Position numbers and translations under genes: made by a program. A stretch of 63,472 nt of DNA, the filler included, from Chiloscyllium plagiosum (taxonomy: Eukaryota), in assembly GCF_004010195.1 (NCBI RefSeq). It is 4 parts of one record of this genome, joined end to end, with 100 filler letters (N's around TTAATTAATTAA, not from the genome) between each part and the next. Parts side by side here need not be neighbours in the genome. Positions count along the whole stretch, not along the records: positions 21,943 to 37,052 come from NC_057711.1; positions 37,153 to 49,402 come from NC_057711.1; 2 more parts are not named here. One strand, given 5' to 3'. Each line of letters begins with the position of its first letter. Position 1 is the first letter of the stretch. This document shows, in pieces, positions 26,279-39,489 of the stretch. Below the pieces are notes generated by a model. The model was not told where the DNA came from and did not search any database. It saw nothing but the letters and a program-made list of their open reading frames with translations.

Positions 26279-28372
26279 GTAATATAGTCAAGTGATTTGA
26301 GTGCTGTGACCCTTCATCTGACCTTCTCTGCAGATGCTGAAAGACCTGCCTTGCCTGCCCAGCCTGTCCAGAAGTTTGTTTCAGATTTATATGGCTAGTA
26401 CAGTTCAGGATTTATCTGGCACTTGTATGGTGTGAATGTTTTTTGCCACTTGGTAGCCTACACCTGGATATTGTCTAGATCTTGCTGCATTTGGACATGG
26501 ACTGCCTCAGTATCTGATGAGTTACAAATGGAGCTGAATATTGTCCAGCACAGATTCATGGAGTCAGTGGCAGAGGCAAGTTTGGACCCAGTATGAGATC
26601 CTATGGCATCAGTACCAGCTGCAGTGGTGAGGTGGGCCCATGGCCATGGTGGAGTCAAGTGGTGGGCAGAGCAATACCTGCACAGCATCGGTGGCGTTTG
26701 CATTCGTGAGGTCCAGTAAGGAATTGTAGTGGCGAGGGCATTGGTGGAGGTGAGAAGGTGCGAAAGAGTGGATGACTTTCATTTCAGCAATGGCAGCGTA
26801 GCGAAAAGGATTCATGTCTGGCCACCAGGCCCATGGTGGTGCACTTAACAACAAGGACTGTAAAGTTGAACACTTTTTCTGTATTTTGTTACTTTTCTGC
26901 CTTTACATTCCATGTTTTGGTTTAACTTTTCTGTGTTTTAAGATGGTGCCAGGGAGTGGCAACACTATGCAATACTTTACACTGTATTTTGTAACAAAAT
27001 ACATGTGACAATAAATGAATTAGATCAAATCAAATCAAACAACAGTTTAAAGTTTTGCAAAAGAAACAAATGTGGGCTGAATAATTAGGAAATGCACTGC
27101 CTGTAAACGTGGTGGTTGTAAATTTCAATTGAGACATGGAACAGCACATTTGATGATTATTTAAATCAAAATAATGTGCAGGATTATGAACAAAGGAGAG
27201 ATTGGCAAATAATTAAAATTCTCCTGTAACTATTTTAGACACAATGAGTCCAAATGTCGCATTTCAAGTTTGTGATTCTGTGATATCTATAAATCTTCCC
27301 ATTTTTATCTGCTCCTTTTCTATCAACCCCTTCTCTGTTCAACCCTTCCTGACAGCCCCAGATAGCTTTCCAGCTTGAACCAGTCTGGCAGGCTGGTTGT
27401 CCCAGACAGATTGTATTCCTCATGCGACCATTTTATGACCATGGAAAGGTCTTGTCAGACTCATTCTTAAGGACTAGTAAAGAGGGATTTTCTTATGCAT
27501 GAAGGTTAAACAGTTTGGGACTCTATTCATTTAATAAAGAAGAAGAGGTGATCTCACTGAAGCATTTGAAATCTTGAGGGGCTTGAAAGGGTAAATGCTG
27601 AGATGTTTCCCCTCATGGCATAGTGCAGGACTAGAGGGCATAATCTCAGAACAAAGGGGCAACAATTTAAGACTGAGATGTGATTTAGGACAGTTGTGAT
27701 ACTTTGGAACTCCTTGCCACAGAGTGCTGCGGAGGCAGATTCCTTGTGTTTACTTAAGGTCAAGGGCAGGAAAGTGGAAACGAGAAATGTTGGATCAGCC
27801 ATGACCCTGTATGATGCCCAGACCTGAGGGGTCAAATGGCCTGCTCTTGTTTCTATTTCTTATTGTCTTATGGAAGAAGTCTCAGTAAGAATCACAAAAA
27901 ACTACTTAGAAAATATAATATACAGAAGAAATCTATTCACCAGGTACAAGCCAGATACATAAAGTCTAGTATGTGAAGGCACACTTTTCCCACCTTTCAA
28001 TGAACAAGATTGTGACTGTGAATACAAAACAGCAGCCCTAACATCACCCTCAGAAAATTTCCTTTAAACCTAATTCCAAAACCTTAAACCAATTTTGGGA
28101 ATCTGAATTTTGGGCTCCTGCCTAGGTTCATCTTCCCTTTTTACCCAATTCAAGCCAGTATGGAAACTTCTGCCCAAAATTTCTAACCCATGCTGTATCT
28201 GTCCAGGAAGTGTTCAGTGTGGGAGTATTTCATGCAGAACATAGCAGGATCTGTAGTCAGTACTGAACTCCTTTAATCTACTTGCAGAAAATGCCTTTGT
28301 GCTGTTCGCAGAAAAAAACAGGTTGCATGAAAGTCTGAACCATAACACACTTCTTTCAATTTGTGTTCTGAC

Positions 28373-28464
28373 CTTCTCTTAAACAAACCTTGCATTCCTT
28401 CACCCTTTTTCACATCTCCACTGAGCTCATTTCCTTCATTCATTCGACCTGTTTTATGTACATC
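28373..28464 (-). CDS. Predicted internal exon DVHKTGRMNEGNELSGDVKKGEGMQGLFKR(R)
   Basis: Acceptor TGTTTTTTTTCATAG and donor AAG|GTCAGA. Only one frame is open. Phase 0 in and phase 2 out fit both neighbouring exons. Confidence 0.6.
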
Positions 28465-29899
28465 CTATGAAAAAAAACATAATATTATCAATAGAGAAAT
28501 ATTGTTTTATTTTCCCTTTTCACTTTTGTTCTTTTTGGATGTTTCCATATCATGTACCAACTCCAGCTCAGCTACTTAGTGCTCACTTGTTCCTAGTATT
28601 CACAATCGCTCCTATGAAAATTGCGATATCAGCATCTACGCTATGAATGTTTGTTGGAATAACATTTTGTTGCATTTAATGCGCAAATATCATATGCCTT
28701 ATACCCTACACAATCTGTTCAGAAATATTTTCTTTACATATAACTTATCAAACCTTTGTCTTCTTTTGTCTCTGGAAAGGTCTTGCAGCCTAATCAGTCT
28801 TTTTAATCATTATGAATTCTCATTTCTGGTATGATTGTTGCATATTATTTTTCTATCTTCAAAGAAACCTCCATATTATTTTCTTAAATGATATAGATCT
28901 GAAGCATTCCGTAATCAGTGCAATATATTTGACTACTGCTGAAAAACAACACAACTTTTCAATTCACAAGAAGAGCAATGTAAAGGGAAAAACATTTTAT
29001 GCTGTATCAGGAGACAGTTCTTGGTTGGCAGGTGTACTCTGATTAATACAAGTGTTGTCATGGAGAATGCACCAGTTAACTACTAAGCTTTATTGAAATT
29101 TAAACAATTAGATTGGCTGATTGGTCAAGGCAGTATCCTGAGGAATGGATCAGAGAATGGTTTTCAATCATTCTTTTAAGCTGAAACGGTAAAATGTGAG
29201 TTCATGATTTTATCTGTCTACAAAGAGAACAACCCTAATATATATATATATTAATGCATGAACATACTAAAACTGTTTCCTGCACACAGATGCACACCAC
29301 ATTGTGTACTGAACTATTAATTTTCAAATTGGTTATAAGTGTAATTTGAAGCACACTCAAGATTATTTTACAATTGTTGCTCAATCATATAATCACATCT
29401 AATACCGAACACTATGCTTTCAGTTTTGTAATCACAAGCTGGTTGGGTACAGTCAGGAGTTTAAGGAACAGAATATATCTGCATTTGGAAAGGCATGGAC
29501 TGATTACAGACAGACAACATGGCTTTGTGCAAGGGAAACCACGTCTCACAAACTTGATTGAGTTTTTTGGAGAGATGACCAAGAAGACGGATGAAGGCAG
29601 AGCAGAAGACATTATTTGCATGGCATTATCAAGGCTTTCAACAAGATGCTGTACGGTAAACTGGCTAATAAGGTTGGATGACATAGGATCCAGGGAGAGT
29701 TAACCAATTCGATACAAAATTGATTTGATGGTAGAAGACATAGGATGGTGATAGAGGGTTATCATTCAGACGACAGGCCTGTGATCAGCAGTATGCTGCA
29801 AAGATCAGTGTTGGGTCCACTACTGTATGTCATTTGTAATACCACCTTGGATGGAATTGGCAAATGGTTAATAACTTTGAGGATGACACTAAAATTGGT

Positions 29900-30113
29900 G
29901 GCAAGATTACAGTGTTACTGGAAAAGCACAGCAGGTCAGGCAGCATCCAAGAAGCAGGAAAATTGACGTTTTGGGCAGGAGCCCTTCATCAGGAATGAGC
30001 TGCCCGAAACGTTGATTTACCTTCTCTTTGGATGCTGCCTGACCTGCTGTGCTTTTCCAGCATCACTCTAATCTTGACTCTGATCTCCAGATCTGCAGTC
30101 CTCACTTTTGGCT
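29900..30113. mobile_element. Penelope-derived palindromic element with minus-strand hammerhead core
   Basis: Inverted arms CTGGAAAAGCACAGCAGGTCAGGCAGCATCCAA and TTGGATGCTGCCTGACCTGCTGTGCTTTTCCAG. 12-bp TSD ACTAAAATTGGT at 29888-29899 and 30114-30125. Confidence 0.8.
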
Positions 30114-31928
30114 ACTAAAATTGGTTATCTTAAGAGTACAATGAGATCTTGATCATTGGGATACCTTCTGGGGAAGGTGGGACCTGTATAAGGAAGATGG
30201 GTTGCACCTGAACTGGAGGGATACCAATATTCTGTGCAGGAGATTTGCTAGAGTTCTTTGGGAGAGTTTAAACTAGCTTGGCAGGGGGATGGAGCTACGG
30301 ACCAGGGGATGGGTTAGCTGGTGAACAGGCAGATGCAGCGTGCAAAGAGACTGTGAGAAACGATAGCCTATTGATAGAGCAAAGTTTCAGTCAGCATGAT
30401 GGGTTGAAGTGTGTCTATTTTAATGCAAGAAGTGTCAGGAATCAGTGTGCTGAACTTAGAGCTACGATGTTGTGGTCATAACGGAGACTTGGACATCACA
30501 GGGGCAGGAATGGTTGTTTGATGTTCTGGGGTTTAAATGTTTCAAAAGGACTAGGGAGGGAAGTAAAAGAGGTGGGAGAGTGGTATTGCTAATCAGCGTT
30601 AGTATCACAGCTGCAGAAAGGGAGGCCATCGAGGAGGGTTTGTCTACAGACTCATTATGGGTGGAAGTCAGAAACAGAAAACGAGCAGTCACTTTATTAG
30701 GAGTTTTCTATAGATGCCCCAGCAGCAACAGAGACACGGAGGAGCCAGTTAGGAGGCAGATGTTGGAAAGGTGCAGAAGTAGCAGGGTTGTTGTCATGGG
30801 TGACTTCAACTTCCCTAATATTGATTGAAACCTCCTTAGTGCAAATAGTATGGATAGAGCAGTTTTTGTCAGGTGTGTCCAGGAAGGATTCCTGACACAA
30901 TATGTAGATAGGCCGATGAGAGGGGAGACCATATTAGATTTGGTGATTGGCAATGAACAAGTCAGGTGTCAGATCTCTCAGTGGGAGTGCATTTCAGTGA
31001 TAGTGATCACAATTCCCCGACTTTTACAATACTCATGGAGAAGGATAGGAGCAGACAGTATGGGAAAGTATTTTATTGGGGAAGGGGGGATTACAATGTC
31101 ATTAGGAAGGAACTGTGGACCATAAATTGGGAACAGATATTCTCAGAGAAATGCACAACATAAATGTGGAGTTTATTTAGGGAGCACTTGTTGCAAGTGC
31201 TGGATAGGTTTGCCCCATTGAGGCAAGGAAGGGATAGTAAGATGAAGAAACTTTGGATGACAAGAGATGTGTAACATCTACTCAAGAGGAAGAAGAAAGC
31301 TTACTTAATGTTGAGGAGCAAGGATCAGACAGAGCTCTAAAAGGTTACAAGGTAACCAGGAAGGAACTGAAGAATGGACTTCGGAGAGTTTGAAGGGGGC
31401 ATGTAAAAGCCTTGGCGGGTAGGATTAAGGAAAACTGCAAAGCATTCTACACTTACGTGAGGAACAAGAAGATGGCCAGAGTGAGGGTAGGGACGATCAG
31501 GAACAGTGGAGGGTACTTGTGCTTGGAGTAGGAGGAGGTAGGCAAGGTCCTTAATGAATACTTTGCTTCAGTATTCACTGGTGACAGGGACCTTGCGTTT
31601 GTGAGGACAGCGTGAAGCAGGCTGATACGCTCAAAAAGGTTGATGTTAAGAAGGAGGATATGCTGGACATTTTGAAAAACATGAGGATAAATAAGTCCCC
31701 TAGGCCAGAGAGGATATACCCAAGCAAGGGAAGAGATTGCTGTGCCTTTGGCAATGATCTTTGCATCCTCAGTGTCCACTAGAGTAGTACCAGATGATTG
31801 GAGGGTGGCAAATGTTGTTCCCTTATTTAAGGAAGGGAATTCCCAGGGTTATTATAGACCAGTCAGTGTTACATTTGTGGTGGGCAAATGTTTGGAGAGG
31901 ATTCTGATGGATAGGCTTGATGATTATT

Positions 31929-32056
31929 CCTGAAGAAGGGCATGTGCCCGAAACGTCGAATCTTCTGTTCCCTAGATGCTGCCTGACCTGCTGTGCTGTT
32001 CCAGCAATAAAGTTTCAACTTTGATCTCCAGCGTCTGCAGACCTCACTTTCTCCTC
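31929..32056 (+). mobile_element. Single Penelope pLTR-type fragment beginning at a hammerhead core
   Basis: ATTC-CTGAAGA-AGGGCATGTGCCC-GAAACGTC-GAAT. TSD GATTATT at 31922-31928 and 32057-32063. Confidence 0.75.
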
Positions 32057-32117
32057 GATTATTTAGAAAAGCATAGCTTGATTACAGATAGTCAACATGG
32101 CTTTGTGAGGGGCAGGT

Positions 32118-32347
32118 GCGAGTGCGAGCAGCAGCAGAGTTTAAAGGAACCCGGAAGGCTACAGCTAAGGTGAGACAGTTTGTTTTAAAATTACTTACCG
32201 GTAGCGGGCAGTGGTGTTTTTTTTCTCTTCACAGAAAGAGCGGGAGCAGAAGGGGGAAGTGACGAAGACCAGAGGGGCAGCCGGGACCCGGAAGCAGGTA
32301 TAGCGTAAGCTTACCTGGGTAGGTTTTTTTCCCTATAAAAGCACGCA
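32118..32347 (+). promoter_or_regulatory. GC-rich putative CR1 5' end / internal Pol II promoter
   Basis: Two CCGGAAG motifs, GGAAGTGACG and TATAAAA. Related copy at 36977-37052. In both cases a young CR1 3' end follows (32665-32763; 37153-37406). Confidence 0.5.
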
Positions 32348-32665
32348 GCAAAAGCCCTTCATCAGGAATAAAGGCAGAGAGCCTGAAGCGTGGAGAGATA
32401 AGCTAGAGGAGGGTGGGGGTGGGGAGAAAGTAGCATAGAGTCTTCAGGGAGTCTCTCTCTCACTGCAACTCCCAGGTCATTTCCTTAGCCCTGAAGACTC
32501 TATGCTACTTTCTCCCCACCCCCACCCTCCTCTCGCTTATCTCTCCACGCTTCAGGCTCTCTGCCTTTATTCCTGATGAAGGGCTTTTGCCCGAAACGTC
32601 GATTTTGCCTGTCCTCGGATGCTGCCTGAACTGCTGTGCTCTTCCAGCACCACTGATCCAGAATA
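32348..32665. mobile_element. Penelope-derived palindromic element with hammerhead core
   Basis: Arms of about 100 bp at 32348-32449 and 32489-32590. CTGATGA-AGGGCTTTTGCCC-GAAACGTC at 32573-32600. Confidence 0.8.
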
Positions 32666-34751
32666 TGGAGGATAGTGGGCTAGTGTAGGTTAGGTGGGCT
32701 TGGATCGGCGCAACATCGAGGGCCAAAGGGCCTGTACTGCGCTGTATTCTTCTATGTTCTATGGTCATGCTTCACAAACTTTGTTCAATGATGAAGGTAG
32801 AGCAGTGGATGGGGTGTTTATGGACTTCAGCAAGGCATTTGAGAAGGTTCGTCATGGTAGGCTCATTAAGAAAGTAAGGAGGCATGGGATACTGGGAAAT
32901 TTGGCTGTCTGGATACAGAATTGGCTGGCCCATAGAAAACAGAGGGTGGTAGTAGACTTAAATTATTCAGCCTGGAGGTTGGTGACAAGTGCTTTTCTGC
33001 AGGGATCTGTTCTGGGACCTCTGCTCTTTGGGATTTTTATAAATGACTTGCATAAGAAAGTGGGCGGGTTAGTAAGTTTGCTGATTACATGAAGGTTGTT
33101 GGAGTTGTGGATGGTGTGGAGGGCTGTTGTATGTTGCAACTGGACATTGACAAGATGCAGAGCTGGGCTGAGAAATGGCAGATGAAGTTCAACCTAGAAA
33201 AGTGTGAACTGGTTCACTTTGGAAGATTGAATTTGAATTTAGATTACAGTGTTAAAGGCAGGATTCTTGGCAGTGTGGAGGAACAGAGGGATCTTGAGGT
33301 CCATGTCCATAGATCCCTCAAAGTTGCCACCCAAATTGATAGGGGTGTTAAGAAGGTGTATGGTATGTTAGTTTTTTTTAACAGGGGGATTGAGTTTAAG
33401 AGCCGCAAAGTTATGCTGCAGCTCCACTGAGCCCTGGTTAGATCACACTTGGAATATTGTGTTCAGTTCGGGTCACCTCATTATAGGAAGGATGTGGAAG
33501 CTTTAGAGAGGGTGCAGAGGTGATTAACCAAGATGCTGCCTGGCTGGAGGGCATGACTAATGAAGAAAGGTTGTGAGAGCGAGGACTTTTCTCACTGGAG
33601 CAAAGAAGGATGAGAGGTAGACATTGGGAACGGTTCCGGGGAAGGTGGGACTATTACAAATTGGACGGTCTACATCTGAACCAGACTGGAACTAATGTCC
33701 TTGGGGGAGCTTTTGCTACTGCTGTTGGGGAGTTTAAACTAATGTGGCAGGTGGCTGGGAACCAGAAGAGAAGACAACTAGACAGCGAGGTGGAAACTGG
33801 AGACTGGTTAAAGGAAGGGCATGATTGGCAACTAAGTATTCCAGGATATAGACGCTTCAGACAGGACATGGAGAAATAAAAGAGTTGCATTGCTGGTCAG
33901 GGATGATATCATGGCTGTGTTAAAGGAGGACACTATGGAGGGATTGAGTATGAGGCATTATGGGTAGAGCTGAGAAATAAGAAGAGTGCAGTTAAATTGT
34001 TGGGGCTGTATTACAGGCCTATCAACAGTCAGCCGTGAGGTAGAAGAACAAATAGGTAAACAGATTATGGAAAGATGTAAAGGCAACAGGGTGGTGGTGA
34101 TGGGAGATTTTAATGTTCCCAACATTGACTGGGATACATTTAGTGTCAGAGGTCTGGATGGGGCAAAATTTGTAAGAAGCGTCCAGGAACGTTTTCTAGA
34201 GCAGTATGTCAATAGTCCGTCGAGGGAAGGGCCATATTGGACCTGGTTTTGGAGAATGAGCCAGGCCATGTGGTAGAAGTTGTGATGGGGGATTTCTTTG
34301 TGAACAGTGACCATAATTCTGTAAGTTTTAAAATACTCTTAGACAAAGATGAGAGTGGTCCTCCGGGAAGAGTACTAAACTGGGCCAAAGCCAATTATAT
34401 CAAAATTAGGAAGGAGCTGGGAAATGTGGATTGGACACAGCTATTTGAAGGGAAGTCCACATTTGATATGTGGGAGGTTTTCAAAGATAGGTTAAAGATA
34501 GTGCAGGATAGGCATGTCCTATTGAAAGCAAAGGATAGGAAAATCGTACAACTAGCCAAGAGGAAAAGGGAAGTGTACAAAAGGTCCAGGCAGCTAAGAA
34601 CAAAACGGGCCCTGGAGGAACATCGGAAGAGCAGGACCAGTCTTAAACGAGGAATCAAGTGAGCTAAAAGGGGTCATGAAATAGCTTTAGCAAGCAGAAT
34701 TAAGGAGAATCCCAAAGCCTTTTATTATGTAAGAAGCAAGTGGATAACTAG

Positions 34752-34960
34752 TGGGCGGCACGGTGGCACAGTGGTTAGCACTGCTGCCTCATAGCGCCTG
34801 AGACCCGGGTTCAATTCCCGCCTCAGGCGACTGACTGTGTGGAGTTTGCACGTTGTTAGGTAAGGGGTAAATGTAGGGGTATGGGTGGGTTTCGCTTCGG
34901 CGGGTCGGTGTGGACTTGTTGGGCCCAAGGGCCTGTTTCCACACTGTAATGTAATCTAAT
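34752..34960 (+). mobile_element. HE1-like SINE (internally deleted)
   Basis: GGGCGGCACGGTGGCACAGTGGTTAGCACTGCTGCCTC...GGGTTCAATTCCC head, and a CR1-like tail GGGCC.AAGGGCCTGTTTCC...(AATCT)n. Confidence 0.85.
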
Positions 34961-36209
34961 CTAGAGAAAGGATTGGCCCACTAAAGGATACTGAAGGAAG
35001 GCTGTGTGTCAAACCTGAGAAAATGGGTGAGATTCTGAATGATTACTTTGCATCATTGTTTACTGAGGAGAGGAACATGATGAATGTTGAGATTAGAGAT
35101 AGAAGTTTGATTACTCTGGATCACATTGACATAAGTAGGGAAGATGTGTTGGGTAGACTAGAGGTTATTAAGGTGGATAAATATCCAGGACCAGATGGAA
35201 TCTATCCCAGGTTGCTGAGGGAGGCGAGGGAGGAAATAGCTGGGGCCCTGACAGATATCTTAGTAGAATCCTTAAACACAGGTGAGGTGCCAGAGGACTG
35301 GAGGGTTGCTCATGTGGTCCCCCTGTATGAGAAGGGTAGTTGGGATATTTCGGGTAACCACAGACCAGTGAGCCTGTCGTCAGTGGTGGGAAAGTTGCTG
35401 GAGAAGGTGCTGAGGGATAAAACCTATTTATATTTAGAAAAGAATGGGCTTATCAGTGATAGGCAACATGGTTTTGTGCAGGGAGAGATCATGCCTTACC
35501 AACTTAATAGAGTTCTTTGTGGAAGTGACCAAGCTGATATATGAAGGAAGGGCTATACACGGACTTTAGTAAGGTGTTTGCTAAGGTTCCCCATGGTAAA
35601 CTAATAGAGATAATGAAGTTACATGGTGTGCAGGGTGTTCTAGCTAGGTGGATAAATAACTGATTGAGCAACAGGAGACAGCGATTAGTAGCTGAAGGGA
35701 GTTTCTCGAAATGAGAAAGGTGACCAGTGGTGTTCCACGGGGATCAGTGCTGTGGCCATTATTGTTTGTGATATACATAAATGATCTGGAAGAGGGCACT
35801 GTTGGTATGATCAGCAAGTTTGCAGATGACACAGAGATTGGTGGAGTAGCAGAAAACATAGGGGACTGTCAAAGAATACAGGAGGATATAGATAGACTGG
35901 AGAGTTGGGCGGAGAAGTGGCAGATGGCTTTCAATCCAGACAAATGTGAGGTGATGCATATTGGGAAGTCTAATTCGAGAGCGAATTATAAACAGAAGAG
36001 CCTTGGGAAAAGTTGATGAGCAGAGAGATCTGGGAGTTCAAGTCTATTCTATCCACCTGCCCAGGTTGCTGCACAGGTGGACAGAACGGTCAAGAAGGCA
36101 TATAGAATGCATGCCTTCATCGGACAGGGTATTGTGTATAAAAACTGGCAGGTCATGTTAAAATTATACACGACATTTAGAATACAGTGTACAGTTCTGG
36201 TCGCCATGA

Positions 36210-36515
36210 CATGGCGGCTCAGTGGTTAGCACTGCAGCCTCACAGCACCAGTGTCCCAGGTTTGATTCCAGCCTCAGGCGACTGTCTGTGTGGAGTTTGC
36301 ACATTCTCCTCGTGTCTGCTTGAGTTTCCTCCTGGTGCTCCGGTTTCCTCCCACAGTCCAAAGACGTGCAGGTCAGGTGAATTCGCCATGCTAAATTGCC
36401 CATAGTGTTGGGTGCATTAGTCAGTGGGAAATGGGTCTAGGTGGGTTACTCTTCAGAGGATCGGTGTGGACTGGTTGGGCCGAAAGGCCTGTTTCCACAC
36501 TGTAGGGAATCTAAT
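36210..36515 (+). mobile_element. HE1-like V-SINE, near full length
   Basis: tRNA-like head, V domain and LINE-derived 3' tail. Confidence 0.85.
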
Positions 36516-37052
36516 CACTACCAAAAGAATGTGGATGCTTTGGAAAGGGTGCGGAGAAGGTTTACCAGGATGTTGCCTGATATGGAAGGTGCTAGCTATG
36601 AAGAGAGGTTGAGTAGGTTAGGTTTGTTTTCATCAGAAAAAAGGAGATTGAAGGGGGACCTGACTAAGGTCTATACAATCATGAAAGGTATAGACAGGGT
36701 GGACAGAGATAAGCGTTGCCAGCAGAGATAGTAAAGGCAGGCATGGTAGAATCATTTAAGATGCGTCTGGTCAGATGCATGAGTAGGAGGCAAGCAGAGG
36801 GATACAGATGCTTATGAAATGGGCGACAGGTTTAGACAGTAGATTTGGATTGGCTCAGGCTTGGAGGGTCGAAGGGCCTGTTCCTGGGCAGTAAATTTTC
36901 TTTGTTCTTTGTTCTCTTTGTACGTAGGTTAGTTTGACCTTAAAGTAGGATAGAAGATTGGCACAATCTTTTTTTTTGAGTGGGAGCAGCGGCCGAGTAA
37001 AGGCGAACCCGGGAGACTACAGCTAAGGTAAGACAGTTTGTTTCAAAATTAC

Positions 37053-37152
37053 NNNNNNNNNNNNNNNNNNNNNNNNNNNNNNNNNNNNNNNNNNNNTTAA
37101 TTAATTAANNNNNNNNNNNNNNNNNNNNNNNNNNNNNNNNNNNNNNNNNNNN
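37053..37152. other. Artificial scaffold linker
   Basis: 44 N + TTAATTAATTAA + 44 N. Confidence 0.95.
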
Positions 37153-38112
37153 GAACTAGAGAGCATAGGTTTAGGGTGAGAGGGGAAAGATATAAAAAAG
37201 ATCTAAGGGGCAACGTTTTCACCCAGAGAGTGGTGGGGGCATGGAATGCGCTGCCTGTGGGAGTGGAAGAGTCGGAATCATTGGCGACCTTTAAGCGGCA
37301 TTTGGATAGGTACATGGATGGGTACTTAATCTAGGTTAGAAGTTCGGCACAACATCGTGGGCCGAAGGGCCTGTTCTGTGCTGTATTGTTCTATGTTCTA
37401 TGTTCTAATATCAAGGGCCGAAGCGTAGCATTCTTTGTTCTAAGTTTAACTGGGCCAGTGGGCCAAGGAATGGCAGATGGAGTTTAATTTAAATAAATGT
37501 GAAGTGTTGTATTTTGGAAAGACAAACCAAAGCAGGATTTATGCAGTTAATGGTACGGCTATGGGGAGTGTTGTTGAACAAAGAGACCCAGGGATGCAGT
37601 TCATAGTTCCTTGAAAGTGGCATCACAGGGAGACAGGTTGGTGAAGCAAGTATTTGGCACATTTGCCTTCATCAATCAGACCACTGAGTACAGGATTTAG
37701 GACACCATGTTACAGCTGTACAAGACCAATGTAGGACCACGTTTGGAGTACAGCAGACAATTACGGTCACCCTGCTACAGGAAGAATGTTATTAAATTAG
37801 AAAGCATGCAAAAAACATTTACAAGGATGTTACCGAGATTGAAGTGTTTGAGTTATAAGGAGGTGCTGAATAGGCTGGGACTCTTTTCCTTGCAGCTTAG
37901 AAGGCTGAGGGATGACTTTATCAAGGTTTATAAAATTATTAGGAGCACAGAAAAGGTGAAATGCCAATGTCTTCACCCAAGGTAGGGGAATCCAAAACTA
38001 GAGGGCATAGGTTTAAGACGAGAATGGAAATATTTAAAAGGGACTCGAGGAACAAATTTTCAAGCAGAGGATGGTGCATAAATGGAACAAGCTGTACGAC
38101 TCTATGACTCTA
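37153..38112 (+). mobile_element. CR1-like LINE 3' fragments
   Basis: FTQRVV..WN and MLQLYKT..PRLEYS motifs plus (TTCTATG)n tails. Confidence 0.85.
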
Positions 38113-39489
38113 TCATTCTCAATCCATTCAGTGCTCAATACTCATTCAGTATAAAATGCCGCTCCCTTTATAGTAGTATTCTTGTCAGTTCTGATGAATG
38201 CACGATGAAACGCTTTGACAAAATGTGTCTTTTTTTCAGCAGGATTCAAATTCTGCAGTTTGTGTTATTTTCAGACAAGTAGCCTTATTACTCTTTAAAA
38301 AGTGCATCACCATACATTTATCAAAATGGAAATCAATTTGCTGCTTATATGTTCATTCTTGAAGTTTTTTAATGTCTTCCTATATCATATCAGAGCTAGT
38401 TAACTGTCATTCGTTCAAAACTAAACCAACCGAAAATATCATCTAGCTCTTACTTCTACTGAGGGTTTGCAATATCACCTTCAGCTCCCTGCCCCAACAT
38501 TGAGATAGCTGTATTGCTTATGTTCCTGTATGTCTATCCCTATCTATTTTATTTCAAAGCCATCCATGTCTGTCTACTGCATGCTCTACTGTTTCATCAG
38601 AAGACTTCTAACAACCCTTTCTCTTCTTTCAACTTTGCCCTTTGACCCCTCTTCACATCCCATTCAATTGGATATTTCTAGAATTTTATGTTTTTATTTC
38701 AAATTTCTCGCATCGGCATCACTTTGCTTTTCAATTACTGAAAATCTCAAATTCACTGAAGACATCAAACCATGATACATAAAGTACAGGGTGCTTTCAA
38801 CATGATGTAGGTATTTATGTTTCCAAACAGGGCATGTACTGCCAGATGAATGAAATATGGATGCAATCGGTATCAACAACGGGGCAAGGACACATCCAGC
38901 CAGGCATTGGCAAAGGCAATTGAAAGATAAAAAGAAATCCAAATTAAGATCTATGCATTTTAGAAGTGACAGTAGAATTAAGGACTGTTCTGGAATATTC
39001 TCTGCAAAGGGATTAAGTTGAACAAAATCAAAAACTAGCATTAATGTAAAGAATGTAACAAAATAGCAATACTGAAAGAAGTGCAATCAAGAAAGGAGAT
39101 AAAACACTGAGTTTTTTTTAGAATTACAAATGATGGTTTCCACATTCTCTGGAAGATTAAACAAATATGGTCTTGGATGAGGTGGATAGCTGCAAAACTA
39201 CAACAATGAAGACATGAAAGTTACCGATGAAAAAACACATTGTGAAAGCTTTAAAATCTATCAGGTGAGGTAAGTATGCAGTTTTTTTACATGCTTTCAC
39301 ATGATATGGGCTTGTTCTCGCCAATCTTAAATTCCCCTGGTGAAGGTGGCTGTGATCTGCCTTAGAGCCAGAGAGCATAGAAACACGTCTGTTGGCCCAT
39401 ATTGCTTACGCTGACCAGCAAACACCAAGCTACACTAATCCCAGTTACCAGTACTTGATCAATAGATTGCCATTTACAGGACAGCAATC

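Larger units (their letters stand above)
30160..33620 (+). mobile_element. Degenerate CR1-like LINE (ORF1 end, APE, RT) with nested insertions
   Basis: DGLHLN, KCVYFNARSV, ITETW, MGDFNFPNID, PDDWRVANVVPLFK and DFSKAFEKV in order. Confidence 0.88.
33620..36915 (+). mobile_element. Degenerate CR1-like LINE (ORF1 end to 3' UTR) carrying two SINEs
   Basis: DGLHLNQTG, MGDFNVPNIDW, KYPGPDGIYPRLLRE, SGVPRGSVL..FADDT, then a 3' tail at about 36910. Confidence 0.9.

Noticed and set aside
38694..39086. 130-aa Cys-containing minus-strand ORF with a good acceptor near 39003, possibly a C8-like exon of the VWD gene
   Set aside because: Its open frame starts in phase 1, incompatible with the phase-0 end of exon 41364-41397, and the cysteine spacing is a poor C8 match. 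Not fully excluded without RNA data.
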